The notes: a model not told the origin generated them from the sequence alone. 64,000 bases of DNA from an uncultured delta proteobacterium (GCA_963712115.1 CAVQGX010000017.1:11259-75258); one strand, 5' to 3'. Counted from the stretch's first letter, positions 40,730-52,522 are shown. Program-made: numbers and translations.

Positions 40730-42397
40730 TCAAATATCGTCCCGCAGCACTGCCCCTTTCGCACCTGAAGTCACTAGCTTGCTGTACCTGTAGACATAGC
40801 CTTCCTTGATCTTGGGCTCCGGGGGTCGCCAACGTTCCCGCCGCTTCTTGAGTTCCTCCTCCGAGACTTTTAGACTCACCCGTTTGGCGGTAATGTTGAT
40901 TTCGATTCGGTCTCCCTCTTCCACAAGGGCTATGGGACCACCGTCAGCTGCCTCAGGAGAAATGTGACCTATAGCGGCACCCTTGGTACCACCACTGAAG
41001 CGGCCGTCGGTGATCAAAGCAACCTCTTTGTCTAAACCCATTCCAACGATAGCTGAGGTGGGAGTCAGCATCTCTCGCATGCCAGGTCCACCTTTTGGCC
41101 CTTCATAGCGAATCACCACCACATCGCCACTCCTAATTTGCCGGTTCATAATGGCTTCCACCGCATCCTCTTCGGCATCGAACACCCGGGCGGTTCCTTC
41201 GTTCACCATCATCTCAGGTGCCACAGCCGATTGCTTGACTACAGCGCCCTCTGGAGCTAGGTTGCCGAACAATATTGCTATGCCCCCTTCAGCGTGGTAA
41301 GCCTCCTTTATTTCTCGAATTACTTTAGAATCCTTAACTTTTACTCCCTGGAGATTTTCTCCCACGGTCTTGCCGGTAACAGTCAAGGGCTTTTGATGAA
41401 TCAAGTCGGCCTCCGCCAGTCTGGCCATTACTCCATGAACCCCTCCGGCTTCATCTAAATCCTCTAGCCGGTGAGGTCCAGCTGGGCTTAGGCTGCAGAG
41501 GTGAGGAATTCTTTGGCTGACCTGATTGAACAGATTCAGGTCAAGATCTATCTTTGCCTCATTGGCGATGGCGGGAACATGAAGAACGGTGTTGGTCGAA
41601 CAGCCCAAAGCCATATCTATGGCAATGGCGTTCTCGAAGGCTTCTTTTGTGGCGATTTGTCGTGGCGTTATGTTTCGGGAAATCAATTCCATAATCTGCA
41701 TGCCCGCCTTTTTGGCCAGACGGTAGCGAGCCGCAGCCACAGCTGGAATGGTACCATTGCCAGGAAGCCCAAGGCCCAGAGCTTCTGTGAGACAATTCAT
41801 CGAATTGGCGGTAAACATTCCGGCGCAAGAGCCACACCCGGGGCAAGCGCAATCCTCTATCTCAGTCAATTTTTCTTCAGTCATCTTTTCAGATTTTACT
41901 GCCCCTACTCCCTCGAAAACAGTTATCAGATCAATTACTTTGTTATCCATCCTGCCAGCGAGCATGGGGCCACCACTGACAACCAGCGCAGGAATGTTGA
42001 GCCGGAGAAGGGCCATCAGCATCCCCGGGACCACTTTGTCACAATTGGGGATAGCGACAATCCCGTCGAAGGGATGAGCCTTTGCCATTATCTCCACTGA
42101 ATCGGCTATAAGTTCACGGCTGCAAAGGGAATATTTCATGCCCTCATGGTTCATGGCAATGCCGTCACAAACGCCTATGGTATTAAACTCTATTGGCGTC
42201 CCACCCGCCAACCGAATACCCGCCTTAACCGCCTCGGCTATTCGATCCAGATGGATATGGCCCGGAATAATTTCGTTGGCCGAGTTTGCGATGCCCACCA
42301 TGGGCCGGGCGATCTCTTCATCGGTAAGGCCCATTGCTTTAAACAAAGAACGGTGGGGGGCCTTCTCCACTCCTTTTTTCATAACATCGCTACGCAT
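40730..42397 (-). CDS. ilvD: Dihydroxy-acid dehydratase
   Basis: [45 protein letters not shown]. Confidence 0.97.
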   Translation of the reverse strand: MRSDVMKKGVEKAPHRSLFKAMGLTDEEIARPMVGIANSANEIIPGHIHLDRIAEAVKAGIRLAGGTPIEFNTIGVCDGIAMNHEGMKYSLCSRELIADSVEIMAKAHPFDGIVAIPNCDKVVPGMLMALLRLNIPALVVSGGPMLAGRMDNKVIDLITVFEGVGAVKSEKMTEEKLTEIEDCACPGCGSCAGMFTANSMNCLTEALGLGLPGNGTIPAVAAARYRLAKKAGMQIMELISRNITPRQIATKEAFENAIAIDMALGCSTNTVLHVPAIANEAKIDLDLNLFNQVSQRIPHLCSLSPAGPHRLEDLDEAGGVHGVMARLAEADLIHQKPLTVTGKTVGENLQGVKVKDSKVIREIKEAYHAEGGIAILFGNLAPEGAVVKQSAVAPEMMVNEGTARVFDAEEDAVEAIMNRQIRSGDVVVIRYEGPKGGPGMREMLTPTSAIVGMGLDKEVALITDGRFSGGTKGAAIGHISPEAADGGPIALVEEGDRIEINITAKRVSLKVSEEELKKRRERWRPPEPKIKEGYVYRYSKLVTSGAKGAVLRDDI

Positions 42398-42611
42398 GGC
42401 ATTCCTCCGAAGATATGCTGAAGTTGTAATCTTGGACAGTCAGCTTTGACGGTAGGTAGAGACTTCAAAGTCATTAAGATACCTAGGGACTTTAGAATAA
42501 AACCCCTTCATTATCAAGGACAAAAATAACACTTGACAGTGTTTGGTGATAGCTATAGTTTACTTTTAAAAGTTAGCTGACCTCTTCATTCATCTCACCA
42601 GGAAAAACGAA

Positions 42612-43037
42612 ATGGATGATTACAAAGCCCTTTATCCAATCGGCATCGTTGCTGAGCTTTTGAATATCCATCCCCGCACCCTAAGAATCTACGAGCGCGA
42701 GGGCTTGATCAAACCAGCCCGGCGCAGCGGTAAGAGGTTCTTTTCTAACAACGATTTAAAATGGCTCAGGTGCCTCCGTAAGCTAATTCATGAAGACGGC
42801 CTTAATATTGCCGGGATAAAGAAACTCTTGACCCTCGCCACCTGCTGGGAAATTCGTCAATGTGCTGAAGAAGAGCGCAAGAACTGCCCGGCAGTGCTTG
42901 ATTTTCCTGTTCCTTGCTGGGAGCTAAAGCCTAAAGCTTGTCTCAATAAAGAGCTCGAGTGTACCACCTGCGAGGTTTATCGCACCAAAAAAGAGCAACT
43001 GATGCTCGACAATCGTTGTGATGAGACACCTTCCTAG
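42612..43037 (+). CDS. MerR/HspR-like regulator with C-terminal Cys-rich two-CW domain
   Basis: YPIGIVAELL.IHP.TLRIYER.GLI; CWE...C...C...CWE...C...CxxC. Confidence 0.85.
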   Translation: MDDYKALYPIGIVAELLNIHPRTLRIYEREGLIKPARRSGKRFFSNNDLKWLRCLRKLIHEDGLNIAGIKKLLTLATCWEIRQCAEEERKNCPAVLDFPVPCWELKPKACLNKELECTTCEVYRTKKEQLMLDNRCDETPS

Positions 43038-43079
43038 TTAGTACCCCAGGAATATCTAGCCTGAGAATCTTGCCTTGAC

Positions 43080-43108
43080 TTGACGCAGACTCCCGGACTT
43101 TTTATAAT
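43080..43108 (+). promoter_or_regulatory. sigma70 promoter
   Basis: TTGACG-17-TATAAT. Confidence 0.6.
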
Positions 43109-43278
43109 TCCCCCAGTCACGGAAGCCGACCGAGCAAATTCCAAGATGTAAAGCTCAGATTAAATTTGGACTTGCGGAAGGGCCCGTGATATTGTCAGCC
43201 ATGAGACAGCCATCGAAACCTCTTTCTTGAATAGGGGCACCCAACACCAAATTATCTAAACGTCCATCTGAGGCTATT

Positions 43279-46200
43279 ATGTACACTGTGGGCATCGACA
43301 TTGGTTCCGTAAGCATCAACTGTGTAGCATTGGATAAAGATGGTGATCTTGTCTACGAAGCACCCTACCAACGCCATTTCGGCAGGTTTGTGCCGCAAAC
43401 CTTGCAGACCTTTGAGGCAATATACCAGCGCTTTGGTGAGGATCAGATAAGATCCGTCGCTTTCACCGGCAATCATGGCAAAATCATCGCCTCCCGTCTC
43501 AAGGCTCTTTACGAGTATGAATCCATCACCCAGGTCCTCGGTGTGCTCTATCTTGTTCCCGACGCCACTGCCATTGTCACCATGGGAGGTCAAGATGCCG
43601 CCCTGTACCTGCTCACCCATCGTGACGATCAGTGGTACCTCAAATCTTTCGCCATGAATGGACCTTGCGCTGCCGGGACCGGCTCCTTTATCGACCAGCA
43701 GGCAGAAAGACTCTCGTCATTTCTTTACGACGAAAATGTCACATTTTCTCAAGAGCACATATCAGAGATTCTTGCCGATTTTATAGCTCGGGGGCAGGAT
43801 AGCACCGGTGCTGCTCCAGTGGCCTGTCGCTGCACTGTTTTTACCAAATCGGATATGATCCATTTGCAAAATAAAGGCGAGCCCCTGGCAAACATTATCG
43901 CAGGTTTGCATCAAGGCAATGCTGCCAACTACATTAGCACCATTGTCGCCAGCCAAGAGGTAAAAGCTCCAGTTGTCTTTATAGGCGGTGTAGCCAGCAA
44001 CCAGCTGCAAGTGAAGGCCTTTCGGCGCTACTTCCCGGATCTGATTGTTCCCGCGCACCACACCTCTCTGGGGGCACTGGGGGCAGCCCTTTTTGCCCGC
44101 CGGCAAGATAAGCGAAGCAAGCCAGATCTCACTGCCTTGGAGACAATGGCGGATGAAGCAGCCAGCGACTTCCCCATAGCTCCGCCCCTGCGTTTGCACA
44201 AGACCAAGTTCACAGATAATGTGATTCTCCCTAAACGAAAGCGGGCGCCCAGTACAAAGTTACAGGTTTACTTGGGGGTAGACGTTGGCTCCACCACAAC
44301 TAAAACCGTTCTTATGGATGTTAACCGGAACATTATCCACAAACAGTACGTCCACACCCAGGGCAAACCCATCGAAGTGACCCAGAGGCTTCTGGCCGGC
44401 ATCAGTGAGGAATTTGGTGATAGTCTGGAGTTTTTGGCCACTGCCACTACAGGCTCTGGCCGTCACGTGGTAGGTGATTTTATTAGTGCAGATCTCATCA
44501 TCGACGAAATAACTGCCCATGCTCGGGCGGCGGTCCATTGGGATCCGGAGGTAGACACGGTTTTCGAGATAGGCGGTCAGGATTCAAAATACATCTGGAT
44601 TGAGCAGGGCAACCCCATGGATTTTGACATGAACAAGGTCTGTGCCGCCGGAACTGGAAGTTTTCTTCACGAACTGGCTAACAAACTCCGAATAAACATT
44701 GTTAAAGAATTCCAGGAGATTGCCCTATCCTCTAAAAGCCCCATCAACTTGGCTGAGCGCTGCACCGTGTTTATGGAATCCGACCTGGTCTCGTACGCGC
44801 AGAAAGGTGCCCGTCTGGAAGACCTCATCGGCGGGCTCTGCTATTCTATTGTCTACAATTACCTAAATCGTGTGGTGGAAAAAAGAAGGATCGGCAAAAG
44901 AGTAATGTTCCTCGGCGGACCCTCTCTGAACAAAGGGATTGTCGCAGCCTTTGAAAATGTTCTTCGGCAAGAAATTATCATGCCCGAGCATCGAGAGGTC
45001 CTCGGTGCTCACGGTGCTGCCCTAAGCATCATGGAGAAGCGACTGAATTCAAAAGTGGTGAAGTCAAATTTCCTCGGGCTCGAGCCGTCGATAAAAGCTG
45101 ACATTTCCCACAAGGAGAAGATTTGTCGCGCTGACAAGAACTGCCACAACGAGTGCAAGCTGAAGATATATGACTTTGGCGGCCGCAAAAGCGTCTGGGG
45201 AGGAGACTGCGGCCGTTATGAAATGAGGGGAGATAGGAAAGAGACCGAAGAGGACTGGTTCAAAAAGCGTGAACTTCTTTTTCTCCATTACCTAAAAGAT
45301 CAGGTTGTAGATTGGCAAGAACTCCAATCCAGCGGAATGGCGGCCAACCAACCATTTGAGTCCTTCAACGGCAAACCTACCATAGCTATACCGCGGGCCC
45401 TCCACTTGTTGCAGCACGGAATACTCTGGTCCCATTTCTGGACTAAGTTAGGCTTCGCCGTTGTTTTTTCACCTAAAACCAACCACGAAATTTCAGTAGC
45501 GGGCATTGAGTCCATGACCTCAGAGACTTGCTATCCCATAAAGGTTTTCCAGGGCCACGTTAAAACCCTTATGGAAAAGACCCGCTATCTCTTCCTTCCT
45601 ACCATCATAAACATGCCTACACCTCAAGAAGAGGAAGCCGGCTTTTTCTGTCCCCTTGTGCAGGGCAGTCAGTTCATGGCCAGAGCGGCCTTGGATATCC
45701 CTGATTCTGCCCTGATTTCCCCTACCGTCTACTTGAAGGAATCCGTTGAGCGAATCGTCTTGGACCTTCATCGGAGCCTGGGGGATCGTTTAGGTCTCAG
45801 CCGACGCCAAGTCGATCGCGCCTATCGCCAAGCTCTGGAAGTTCAGTTGGCCTTTCAAAACGATCTTATCCACCATGGTCAGACCTTCCTAGAATCTCTG
45901 CAAGCCAACGACCTCTGGGTTGCGGTGAGCGGCCGTCCCTATAACCTCTACGACGAGAGGTTGAATCTAAAACTTGGACACAATCTGGCCAAGCTGGGAA
46001 TCAAGGCCATTCCTCAGGATTTTTTGGACACCTCCAGGGTGGACTTGAGCGATTTTCCCAATATGTACTGGGGGTCGGGCGCCCAGATTATCCGCACCGC
46101 CAAGTTTGTCAAGGCCAGTTCCGGTGCTTATGGTTTACACCTCACCAATTTTAGTTGTGGTGCCGACTCTTTTATCGAACACTTTTATCGCCACGTCATG

Positions 46201-46350
46201 GGACAAAAACCTTATCTTATTCTAGAGCTTGACGAACACAGTGCAGTGGCTGGCATGATTACTCGGCTGGAAGCATTCAAAAATGTGATTCAGAACGAGC
46301 ACAGCCAGACTCTAAGAAGTTGGCAGGAAACAAAGTGCTGCGCTTCATAG
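43279..46350 (+). CDS. Tandem 2-hydroxyacyl-CoA dehydratase activase (BadF/HgdC-type) with DUF2229-like domain
   Basis: Two G(I/V)D.GS / GGQD / CAAGTGSF / RCTVF units; ETCYP.K..GH; FSCG.D; ELDEH. Confidence 0.9.
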   Translation: MYTVGIDIGSVSINCVALDKDGDLVYEAPYQRHFGRFVPQTLQTFEAIYQRFGEDQIRSVAFTGNHGKIIASRLKALYEYESITQVLGVLYLVPDATAIVTMGGQDAALYLLTHRDDQWYLKSFAMNGPCAAGTGSFIDQQAERLSSFLYDENVTFSQEHISEILADFIARGQDSTGAAPVACRCTVFTKSDMIHLQNKGEPLANIIAGLHQGNAANYISTIVASQEVKAPVVFIGGVASNQLQVKAFRRYFPDLIVPAHHTSLGALGAALFARRQDKRSKPDLTALETMADEAASDFPIAPPLRLHKTKFTDNVILPKRKRAPSTKLQVYLGVDVGSTTTKTVLMDVNRNIIHKQYVHTQGKPIEVTQRLLAGISEEFGDSLEFLATATTGSGRHVVGDFISADLIIDEITAHARAAVHWDPEVDTVFEIGGQDSKYIWIEQGNPMDFDMNKVCAAGTGSFLHELANKLRINIVKEFQEIALSSKSPINLAERCTVFMESDLVSYAQKGARLEDLIGGLCYSIVYNYLNRVVEKRRIGKRVMFLGGPSLNKGIVAAFENVLRQEIIMPEHREVLGAHGAALSIMEKRLNSKVVKSNFLGLEPSIKADISHKEKICRADKNCHNECKLKIYDFGGRKSVWGGDCGRYEMRGDRKETEEDWFKKRELLFLHYLKDQVVDWQELQSSGMAANQPFESFNGKPTIAIPRALHLLQHGILWSHFWTKLGFAVVFSPKTNHEISVAGIESMTSETCYPIKVFQGHVKTLMEKTRYLFLPTIINMPTPQEEEAGFFCPLVQGSQFMARAALDIPDSALISPTVYLKESVERIVLDLHRSLGDRLGLSRRQVDRAYRQALEVQLAFQNDLIHHGQTFLESLQANDLWVAVSGRPYNLYDERLNLKLGHNLAKLGIKAIPQDFLDTSRVDLSDFPNMYWGSGAQIIRTAKFVKASSGAYGLHLTNFSCGADSFIEHFYRHVMGQKPYLILELDEHSAVAGMITRLEAFKNVIQNEHSQTLRSWQETKCCAS

Positions 46351-46369
46351 TAATTCGTCCGTGGTCAAA

Positions 46370-46461
46370 GACGCATAGAGCATAGCGCAAAGCGGATGAC
46401 TGGATGGCAACAACACGCTATGCGCCATGCGCTTTGAGCTTGGCGGTGAGTAAAGTGAGCC
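46370..46461. repeat. Inverted gcatag/ctatgc array ending at the next start codon
   Basis: cgcatagagcatagcgc...acgctatgcgccatgcgc...aagtgagcc-ATG. Confidence 0.7.
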
Positions 46462-47811
46462 ATGGGTCAGTTTGAATCACTGAAAGCTAAGGTCGGCAAA
46501 TTCAGCTTGGCTAACAAGACCATCCTCATACCAGAGATGGGCCGTTCCGGCAGCTTGCTCATTGCTGCTGCCATGCGGAGCTTCGGCATCGATGCTCAAG
46601 TTATGGAAACATACAAAGACTTGCAACTGGGCAAGCAATACACTTCTGGCAAAGAATGCTTTCCATGCCAGGTCACCCTGGGAGATGTCCTTTACCATTT
46701 GGAGCGAGAAAAAGAGCTACTCGGAGAGGCCTTCAACCCTGAAAACTATCTTTACTTCATGGCTGAATCTGGGGGACCATGCCGATTCGGCATGTATAAC
46801 AAGCTGCACCGAATCATCTTAGATTCCATGGATGGTTTCAGCAAAACCCGCATTGCCTCCCTCACCGCCGAAGACTCCTATTCCCTTGGCGGCTTAATGA
46901 AGCCGGAGGAGAAGGCGCACTTCCGGAGAACTGGTTATGTGGCCGTAGTCATCAGTGATATTCTCGATCGAATGCTTTGGCGCACCCGTCCATACGAGAA
47001 GGAAAAAGGCCAGGCCGAAGCCTATTATGAGAAAACCCTGGAGAATATCTGTCTGGCAGTAGAAATACACGGCCGCAAGAAGAGATTCCAGCAAATCTAC
47101 AGGATTTTAGAAGAAGCAGTCAGCAATGCTCAGGATATAATAAATCCGACAATTCCACCAAAACCACTAATAGGTATGGTGGGAGAGATTTATTTGCGTA
47201 GGCACACCAAGTCAAACCAGGATCTTATCAAGCTCCTGGAGAGTTATGGGGGGGAGGTGGTCAACGCCTCTCTAGCCGAGTGGATAAACTACGTTTCTTA
47301 CGACAATATGCACAAGTCAAAGAGGAAAGCCATTCAGGCCCTGAGGCAGCGTGACCTCAAGTCACTTCGCCAACACTTGCGTAACTGGCTGAGGAACCGC
47401 ATTGAACTGACTTACCAGTATTTCCGCATGGATCAGGTTTATCGCCGGGCTAAGAAACACCTCGACCTTTGCGAAGATCACAAGATTGACAAACTTGAAA
47501 AGCAGCTTGATAACGGTCGCCTCTTTTCTTTTGAAGTGGGGACCGAAACAGTTCTGAGCATCGCTACAGCTTTGGAGTACTGCCGCCACGGCTTTGACGG
47601 TATCGTCAACGTCTTTCCCTTCACCTGCATGCCCAGCACCATGTGTTCAGCAGTTCTCAAACCGCTCCTTGACCGCAAGCAAATCCCTTACATCGATACC
47701 GCCTACGACGGCACCTACCAGCCCAACCTCGAGGCAGCGATTCGTACCTTTATGTACCAGGCAGCACAACATCAAAACACGCGCAGAGAGCAAGGGAACA
47801 CTAGGCACTAA
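46462..47811 (+). CDS. CoA-activase partner protein (2-hydroxyacyl-CoA dehydratase-related)
   Basis: KECFPC..TLGD, GPCRFGMY, VGEIYLR, PFTCMP. Confidence 0.82.
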   Translation: MGQFESLKAKVGKFSLANKTILIPEMGRSGSLLIAAAMRSFGIDAQVMETYKDLQLGKQYTSGKECFPCQVTLGDVLYHLEREKELLGEAFNPENYLYFMAESGGPCRFGMYNKLHRIILDSMDGFSKTRIASLTAEDSYSLGGLMKPEEKAHFRRTGYVAVVISDILDRMLWRTRPYEKEKGQAEAYYEKTLENICLAVEIHGRKKRFQQIYRILEEAVSNAQDIINPTIPPKPLIGMVGEIYLRRHTKSNQDLIKLLESYGGEVVNASLAEWINYVSYDNMHKSKRKAIQALRQRDLKSLRQHLRNWLRNRIELTYQYFRMDQVYRRAKKHLDLCEDHKIDKLEKQLDNGRLFSFEVGTETVLSIATALEYCRHGFDGIVNVFPFTCMPSTMCSAVLKPLLDRKQIPYIDTAYDGTYQPNLEAAIRTFMYQAAQHQNTRREQGNTRH

Positions 47812-48015
47812 ACACTAAGCACTACTATCAGTGTCGTGGTGCCAATTGCTCAGTTGACAAGCTGCCCTCTGACCCCTGAAATCCGCCAAAGAATCCAGTA
47901 GTCAGTAGCAAGTAGTTGAGAAGAAATCAATTTTGATTGCCTCTCTCCTGAATTCTGGATTCTGGCTACTGACTACTTCTTTGTGGTGCCTAGTGCCTAG
48001 TCCCTAGTGCTTAGT
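47800..48015. repeat. Nested inverted arrays: actaggc outside, cagtagt/tactgac inside
   Basis: Outer actaggcactaaacactaagcac...gtgcctagtgcctagtccctagtgcttagt; inner pair 47890-47977. Confidence 0.85.
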
Positions 48016-48171
48016 TGATCTTGTGCTCTGCGCAATTCCCTTGCATTCCCCCGACCTCTGGTTTATTTTATCCTGAAGCTAATCCAGAGTCTTCCCTGTC
48101 CAGGTAAGGGAAAAGTGTGACTCACTTTTTGCGAAGGAGGTGAGCAGCCGAGATCAAGGCGTAATTACGAC

Positions 48172-49659
48172 ATGGGCCGACAAATGCTAATCAATGCCGA
48201 CGAGCCCGAAGAATATCGTCTGGCAATCATCTCAGGAAAAAAGCTGGAGGAATTTTACCTCGAGACCACCACTCGTGAAAACACCGTGGGCAACATTTAC
48301 AAAGGGGTGATTGAAAATATTCAGCCCAGCCTCCAAGCCGCCTTTGTAAACCTCGGCGCTGAAAAAAACGGCTTCCTTCAGCTGCATGAGATTCACCCTG
48401 ACTATTATCAGCAAGAGCCACCCGCCGAAGGAAAACGCCCTCGTATCCAAGATGTTCTTAGGCCGGGCCAGGAACTCATGGTGCAGGTGGTGAAAGAAGC
48501 TACACCTACCAAAGGAGCGTTCCTCACCACCTATATTTCTCTTCCAGGCCGTTATCTTGTCCTTATGCCTGGCAGCAAACACGGAGGCATCTCCCGAAGA
48601 ATCGAAGACGACCAACAGCGTCTGCGGTTGCGAAAAATAATCAGCCAACTTCAGGTGCCCGAGGGCATCCATGTCATCGTTCGAACTGCGGGTGAGAACC
48701 GGACCAAGCGCGAGTTGTCCAAGGATTTCCGCTATCTGTTTCGGCTTTGGAATAATATCAAGGATACTGCCAAAGAGGCGAAACCCCCATCCCTTCTTTA
48801 TCAGGAAAGGGATCTTACTATCCGCGCAATCAGAGATTATTTCACCACCGGCGTTAAGAAAATTCTAGTTGATAACAAAGAAGTATATAAACGGGTCAAG
48901 GACTTTATGGCTGTGGTTTCCCCTCGCCATCGCTGGTTGGTCAAACTCTACAAGGAGAAGCGGCCCATTTTTGCCGAGTATCAGCTAGAGAATCAGATAG
49001 AGACCATCTATAGCAACAGGGTTGCCCTAAAATCAGGAGGCTTCCTGCAGATAGACACCACCGAGGCCTTGGTAGCCGTGGACGTCAACTCCGGCAGATA
49101 CAGCCGTGAGAAAGCAATGGAAGAAACAGCATTTAAGACTAATCTAGAGGCAGCGGTGGAAGTGCCACGACAGTTACGGCTCCGCGATCTGGGGGGGTTG
49201 GTAGTCATTGATTTCATCGATATGAAAGATCGCAAGCACATTCGTCAGGTAGAAATAACACTGCGGGAAGAGCTTAAGAAAGATCGGGCCAGAACAGAAA
49301 TGGGGCGAATAAGCAAGTTTGGCCTACTGGAAGCATCGCGCCAGAGGCTTCGCCCTCCACTGCAATCCAGTTCTTATGTGTCTTGCAGCCGTTGCGGCGG
49401 AGCCGGGGTGGTCCGCTCCACTGAGGCAACCGCCCTTTCCTATCTGCGTAAAATCTGGCTGGAGCTCAGCCGCGGTGAGGCAAATCAGGTTCACGGCTAT
49501 TTTTCCAAGGAAGTAGCGGATTATTTGTTAAACAGGAAAAGAGCTGAAATCCTAAAACTGGAGAGTCGATATTCGGCAAACATTCACGTTGAGGGAAGTC
49601 AAGACATAACACCCGGACAAGGAAGATTGGAATTTTCCCACCTCGAGGTGGGAGGGTAG
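48172..49659 (+). CDS. Rne/Rng family ribonuclease, catalytic domain only
   Basis: GNIYKG, S1 domain, DVNSG, RQLRLRDLGG..VIDFID, CxxCxG Zn link. Confidence 0.93.
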   Translation: MGRQMLINADEPEEYRLAIISGKKLEEFYLETTTRENTVGNIYKGVIENIQPSLQAAFVNLGAEKNGFLQLHEIHPDYYQQEPPAEGKRPRIQDVLRPGQELMVQVVKEATPTKGAFLTTYISLPGRYLVLMPGSKHGGISRRIEDDQQRLRLRKIISQLQVPEGIHVIVRTAGENRTKRELSKDFRYLFRLWNNIKDTAKEAKPPSLLYQERDLTIRAIRDYFTTGVKKILVDNKEVYKRVKDFMAVVSPRHRWLVKLYKEKRPIFAEYQLENQIETIYSNRVALKSGGFLQIDTTEALVAVDVNSGRYSREKAMEETAFKTNLEAAVEVPRQLRLRDLGGLVVIDFIDMKDRKHIRQVEITLREELKKDRARTEMGRISKFGLLEASRQRLRPPLQSSSYVSCSRCGGAGVVRSTEATALSYLRKIWLELSRGEANQVHGYFSKEVADYLLNRKRAEILKLESRYSANIHVEGSQDITPGQGRLEFSHLEVGG

Positions 49660-49677
49660 AGCGAAGCTATTAATAAG

Positions 49678-50331
49678 TTACACAATCACTGTCCTCCTCA
49701 CTGCGGCCACCACCTCATGAGGCTCATCCAACAACTGTATTAGGTCCATATCCTGAGGTGATATCTTACCTGTCCCAAGTAGCCGCTCACCTATCCATTC
49801 AACCAGACCTGTCCAATAATCATTGCCTACCAAAATCACCGGAAAGGGCTTGATACGATCCGTCTGGATAAGGGTTATTGCCTCAAATAGTTCGTCTAGA
49901 GTGCCGAAGCCGCCGGGGAAAACCACGTAGGCCTGCGCATATTTTACAAACATCACCTTGCGGATGAAGAAGTACTTGAAATCCAACACCACATTGGCGT
50001 AGGTATTGGGCTGTTGCTCCATGGGAAGGTGGATGTTGAGGCCCACAGATTGAGCACCACCTTCGACAGCACCCCGGTTGGCCGCCTCCATCAGACCAGG
50101 ACCGCCGCCGGTAATCACATTAAAACCATTTTCCGCAAATAGCTTGGCAATGGTCCTCGCCTTTTCGTACAGTGGATCGTCCGGTCCAACTCGAGAAGAA
50201 CCGAAAATGGACACTGCCGGATAGATTTCTGCCATTGTCTCGAATCCATCCACAAATTCCGCCATTATGCGAAAGAGCCGCCAACTTTCCTTCACCGTAA
50301 AATCGTCTATTGGGTACCGTCGTTCAATCAT
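49678..50331 (-). CDS. LOG family nucleotide phosphoribohydrolase (TIGR00730-like)
   Basis: ITGGGPGLMEAAN, YFFIRKVM, PGGFGTLDE. Confidence 0.92.
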   Translation of the reverse strand: MIERRYPIDDFTVKESWRLFRIMAEFVDGFETMAEIYPAVSIFGSSRVGPDDPLYEKARTIAKLFAENGFNVITGGGPGLMEAANRGAVEGGAQSVGLNIHLPMEQQPNTYANVVLDFKYFFIRKVMFVKYAQAYVVFPGGFGTLDELFEAITLIQTDRIKPFPVILVGNDYWTGLVEWIGERLLGTGKISPQDMDLIQLLDEPHEVVAAVRRTVIV

Positions 50332-50440
50332 GCTGCACTCCCGTATAGGGGTTTTTCGCGGGGAATATAGCTTCCCTCGCTAAAAGCACCAAAAAAGTGA
50401 GGCATTATAAAGTCATCTTCAATCTTCGTGCCACCCCAAC

Positions 50441-50462
50441 AAAAAAAGCGGGATAATCCCGC
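50441..50462 (-). terminator. Rho-independent terminator closing the Fo operon
   Basis: Minus strand gcggga-tta-tcccgc followed by T7. Confidence 0.7.
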
Positions 50463-50504
50463 CCTAATCATCAAGTCTTGAGCTGCATCCGGCAGCAATA
50501 GTTA

Positions 50505-51113
50505 TTAGGTAACCACCTGTTTCAGGTTATGCAAATATTCGTTCACCAGTCGTTCCTGATCTTTTTTGTTGATTGCCTTTCGTACGCTCTCCTCAGCTGT
50601 CTTCACCGCCTCATCTATCACTTCGCGCCGGAGCTGACTTTTGGCCTGCTCGACACTATAGGTCGCTTCAAGCCTCGCCTTTTCCAACAGGTGCTCGGCT
50701 GCCTGTTCTGCGCTTGCAATGATTTTATCTCGCTCCTTTTGACCCAGCAAACCAACAGCCTGCTGCAGCTTCTGGATTTCTTCGTCAAGCAACTCCAACT
50801 GCTTTTCCACCTCCTCCAACTTTCGTTCGGCTTCGAGATAGGATTCCTCGGTTCCCTGAAGTTTCTCGCGAATCACCCGGGCGGACTCTTTTAAAAACCG
50901 GCTTAGAGGCTCCTTCAGCAGCTTGACCAAGAAGAAGGCGAGGATCAAGAAATTGAGCACGCGCCAGCTGTTCATCCAGATATTCTTAAAAGTGCTCTTC
51001 CCTTCTTGGGCTTCTGCAGCTACCGCACTCAAGGCCAGACCACCCACAAGAGCGACTAGCAAAAGGCAAACCACAAAGAAGCGCAACCTCTTTTTTCCTC
51101 TATTTATGTTCAT
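50505..51113 (-). CDS. atpF: ATP synthase subunit b with N-terminal extension
   Basis: WRVLNFLILAFFL...PL..FL followed by coiled coil ending DQERLVNEY. Confidence 0.85.
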   Translation of the reverse strand: MNINRGKKRLRFFVVCLLLVALVGGLALSAVAAEAQEGKSTFKNIWMNSWRVLNFLILAFFLVKLLKEPLSRFLKESARVIREKLQGTEESYLEAERKLEEVEKQLELLDEEIQKLQQAVGLLGQKERDKIIASAEQAAEHLLEKARLEATYSVEQAKSQLRREVIDEAVKTAEESVRKAINKKDQERLVNEYLHNLKQVVT

Positions 51114-51538
51114 GACAACTCTCTTCCAAGTACCTTCTCAGCCAGGATCTGTGACAGTTCCTTTGCCTGTTGGCGAAGCTCTACCCTCAGCCTCTCCCTC
51201 TCTTGTTCCAGTGCCTGTTGGGTTTCGGCCACTATTAGGGCTGCTTTCTCGGATACTGCCTTGATATTTTCGTCCTCTTTCTCCTTAAGTTCTTTGGTCA
51301 ACTGCTCCTGACTCTCTCGTGCTTTAAGCCTCTCTTCGGTAAGCTGGTTTTCATATTTTTCTAGGTTCAAGCGGGCCGTTTCCTGCAAATTTTGGGTCTT
51401 CTCCTCCCAGGAGGTGATCTTTTGCTGGCGCTCAGCCAAAACCTGACCTATGGGTTTAAAAAGCAGTCGATTCAAAACGAAAACCAGGATCAAGAATTGG
51501 ATTACCTGAACAACAATGGTTAGATTAATTTCTACCAT
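51110..51538 (-). CDS. ATP synthase subunit b'
   Basis: Q.IQFLILVFVLNRLLFKPI...ER followed by coiled coil ending KVLGR. Confidence 0.88.
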   Translation of the reverse strand: MVEINLTIVVQVIQFLILVFVLNRLLFKPIGQVLAERQQKITSWEEKTQNLQETARLNLEKYENQLTEERLKARESQEQLTKELKEKEDENIKAVSEKAALIVAETQQALEQERERLRVELRQQAKELSQILAEKVLGRELS

Positions 51539-51733
51539 GGCACCATCCTGAAGAGATAGTGAACTAAACCGAGCTAAAATGAACTAAAGTGCCTAAAATT
51601 TTAAAAAACTAAATTCCTAATTAATGAACTCAGGGCCACACCCCCAACTGAAAAGGGTAGAAGCCGTTGTGACTCACCGGGTAAGATTTCTTAACCTTAA
51701 CGCGCAACACCCAACACTCAACCCTAAACCTGG

Positions 51734-52225
<492 letters not shown>

Positions 52226-52233
52226 CTAGCCTT

Positions 52234-52488
52234 CTACACTACGAAGATCAGCAGCAAAGCCACGACCAGTGAGTAGATCCCGGTGGACTCCGCCACCGCC
52301 TGCCCCACTAGCATGGTTCTGGTTAACAAACCGGCCTCCCTCGGGTTCCTGCCGATCGCCTCACATGCTTTTCCAGCTACGATTCCCTCGCCCAATCCTG
52401 GACCGAATGCTCCGATACCCATGGCAATACCGGCTCCGAGCATAGCTGCGGCCCTGACAATGTCTGCTCCGCTAATTTCCACTGCCAT
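52234..52488 (-). CDS. atpE: Single-hairpin ATP synthase c subunit, Na+-type
   Basis: GPGLGEG...GRNP...[13 protein letters not shown]. Confidence 0.94.
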   Translation of the reverse strand: MAVEISGADIVRAAAMLGAGIAMGIGAFGPGLGEGIVAGKACEAIGRNPREAGLLTRTMLVGQAVAESTGIYSLVVALLLIFVV

Positions 52489-52522
52489 TCTAGGTTCCTC
52501 CTCTTAGTAAGTTTTTCCCATA

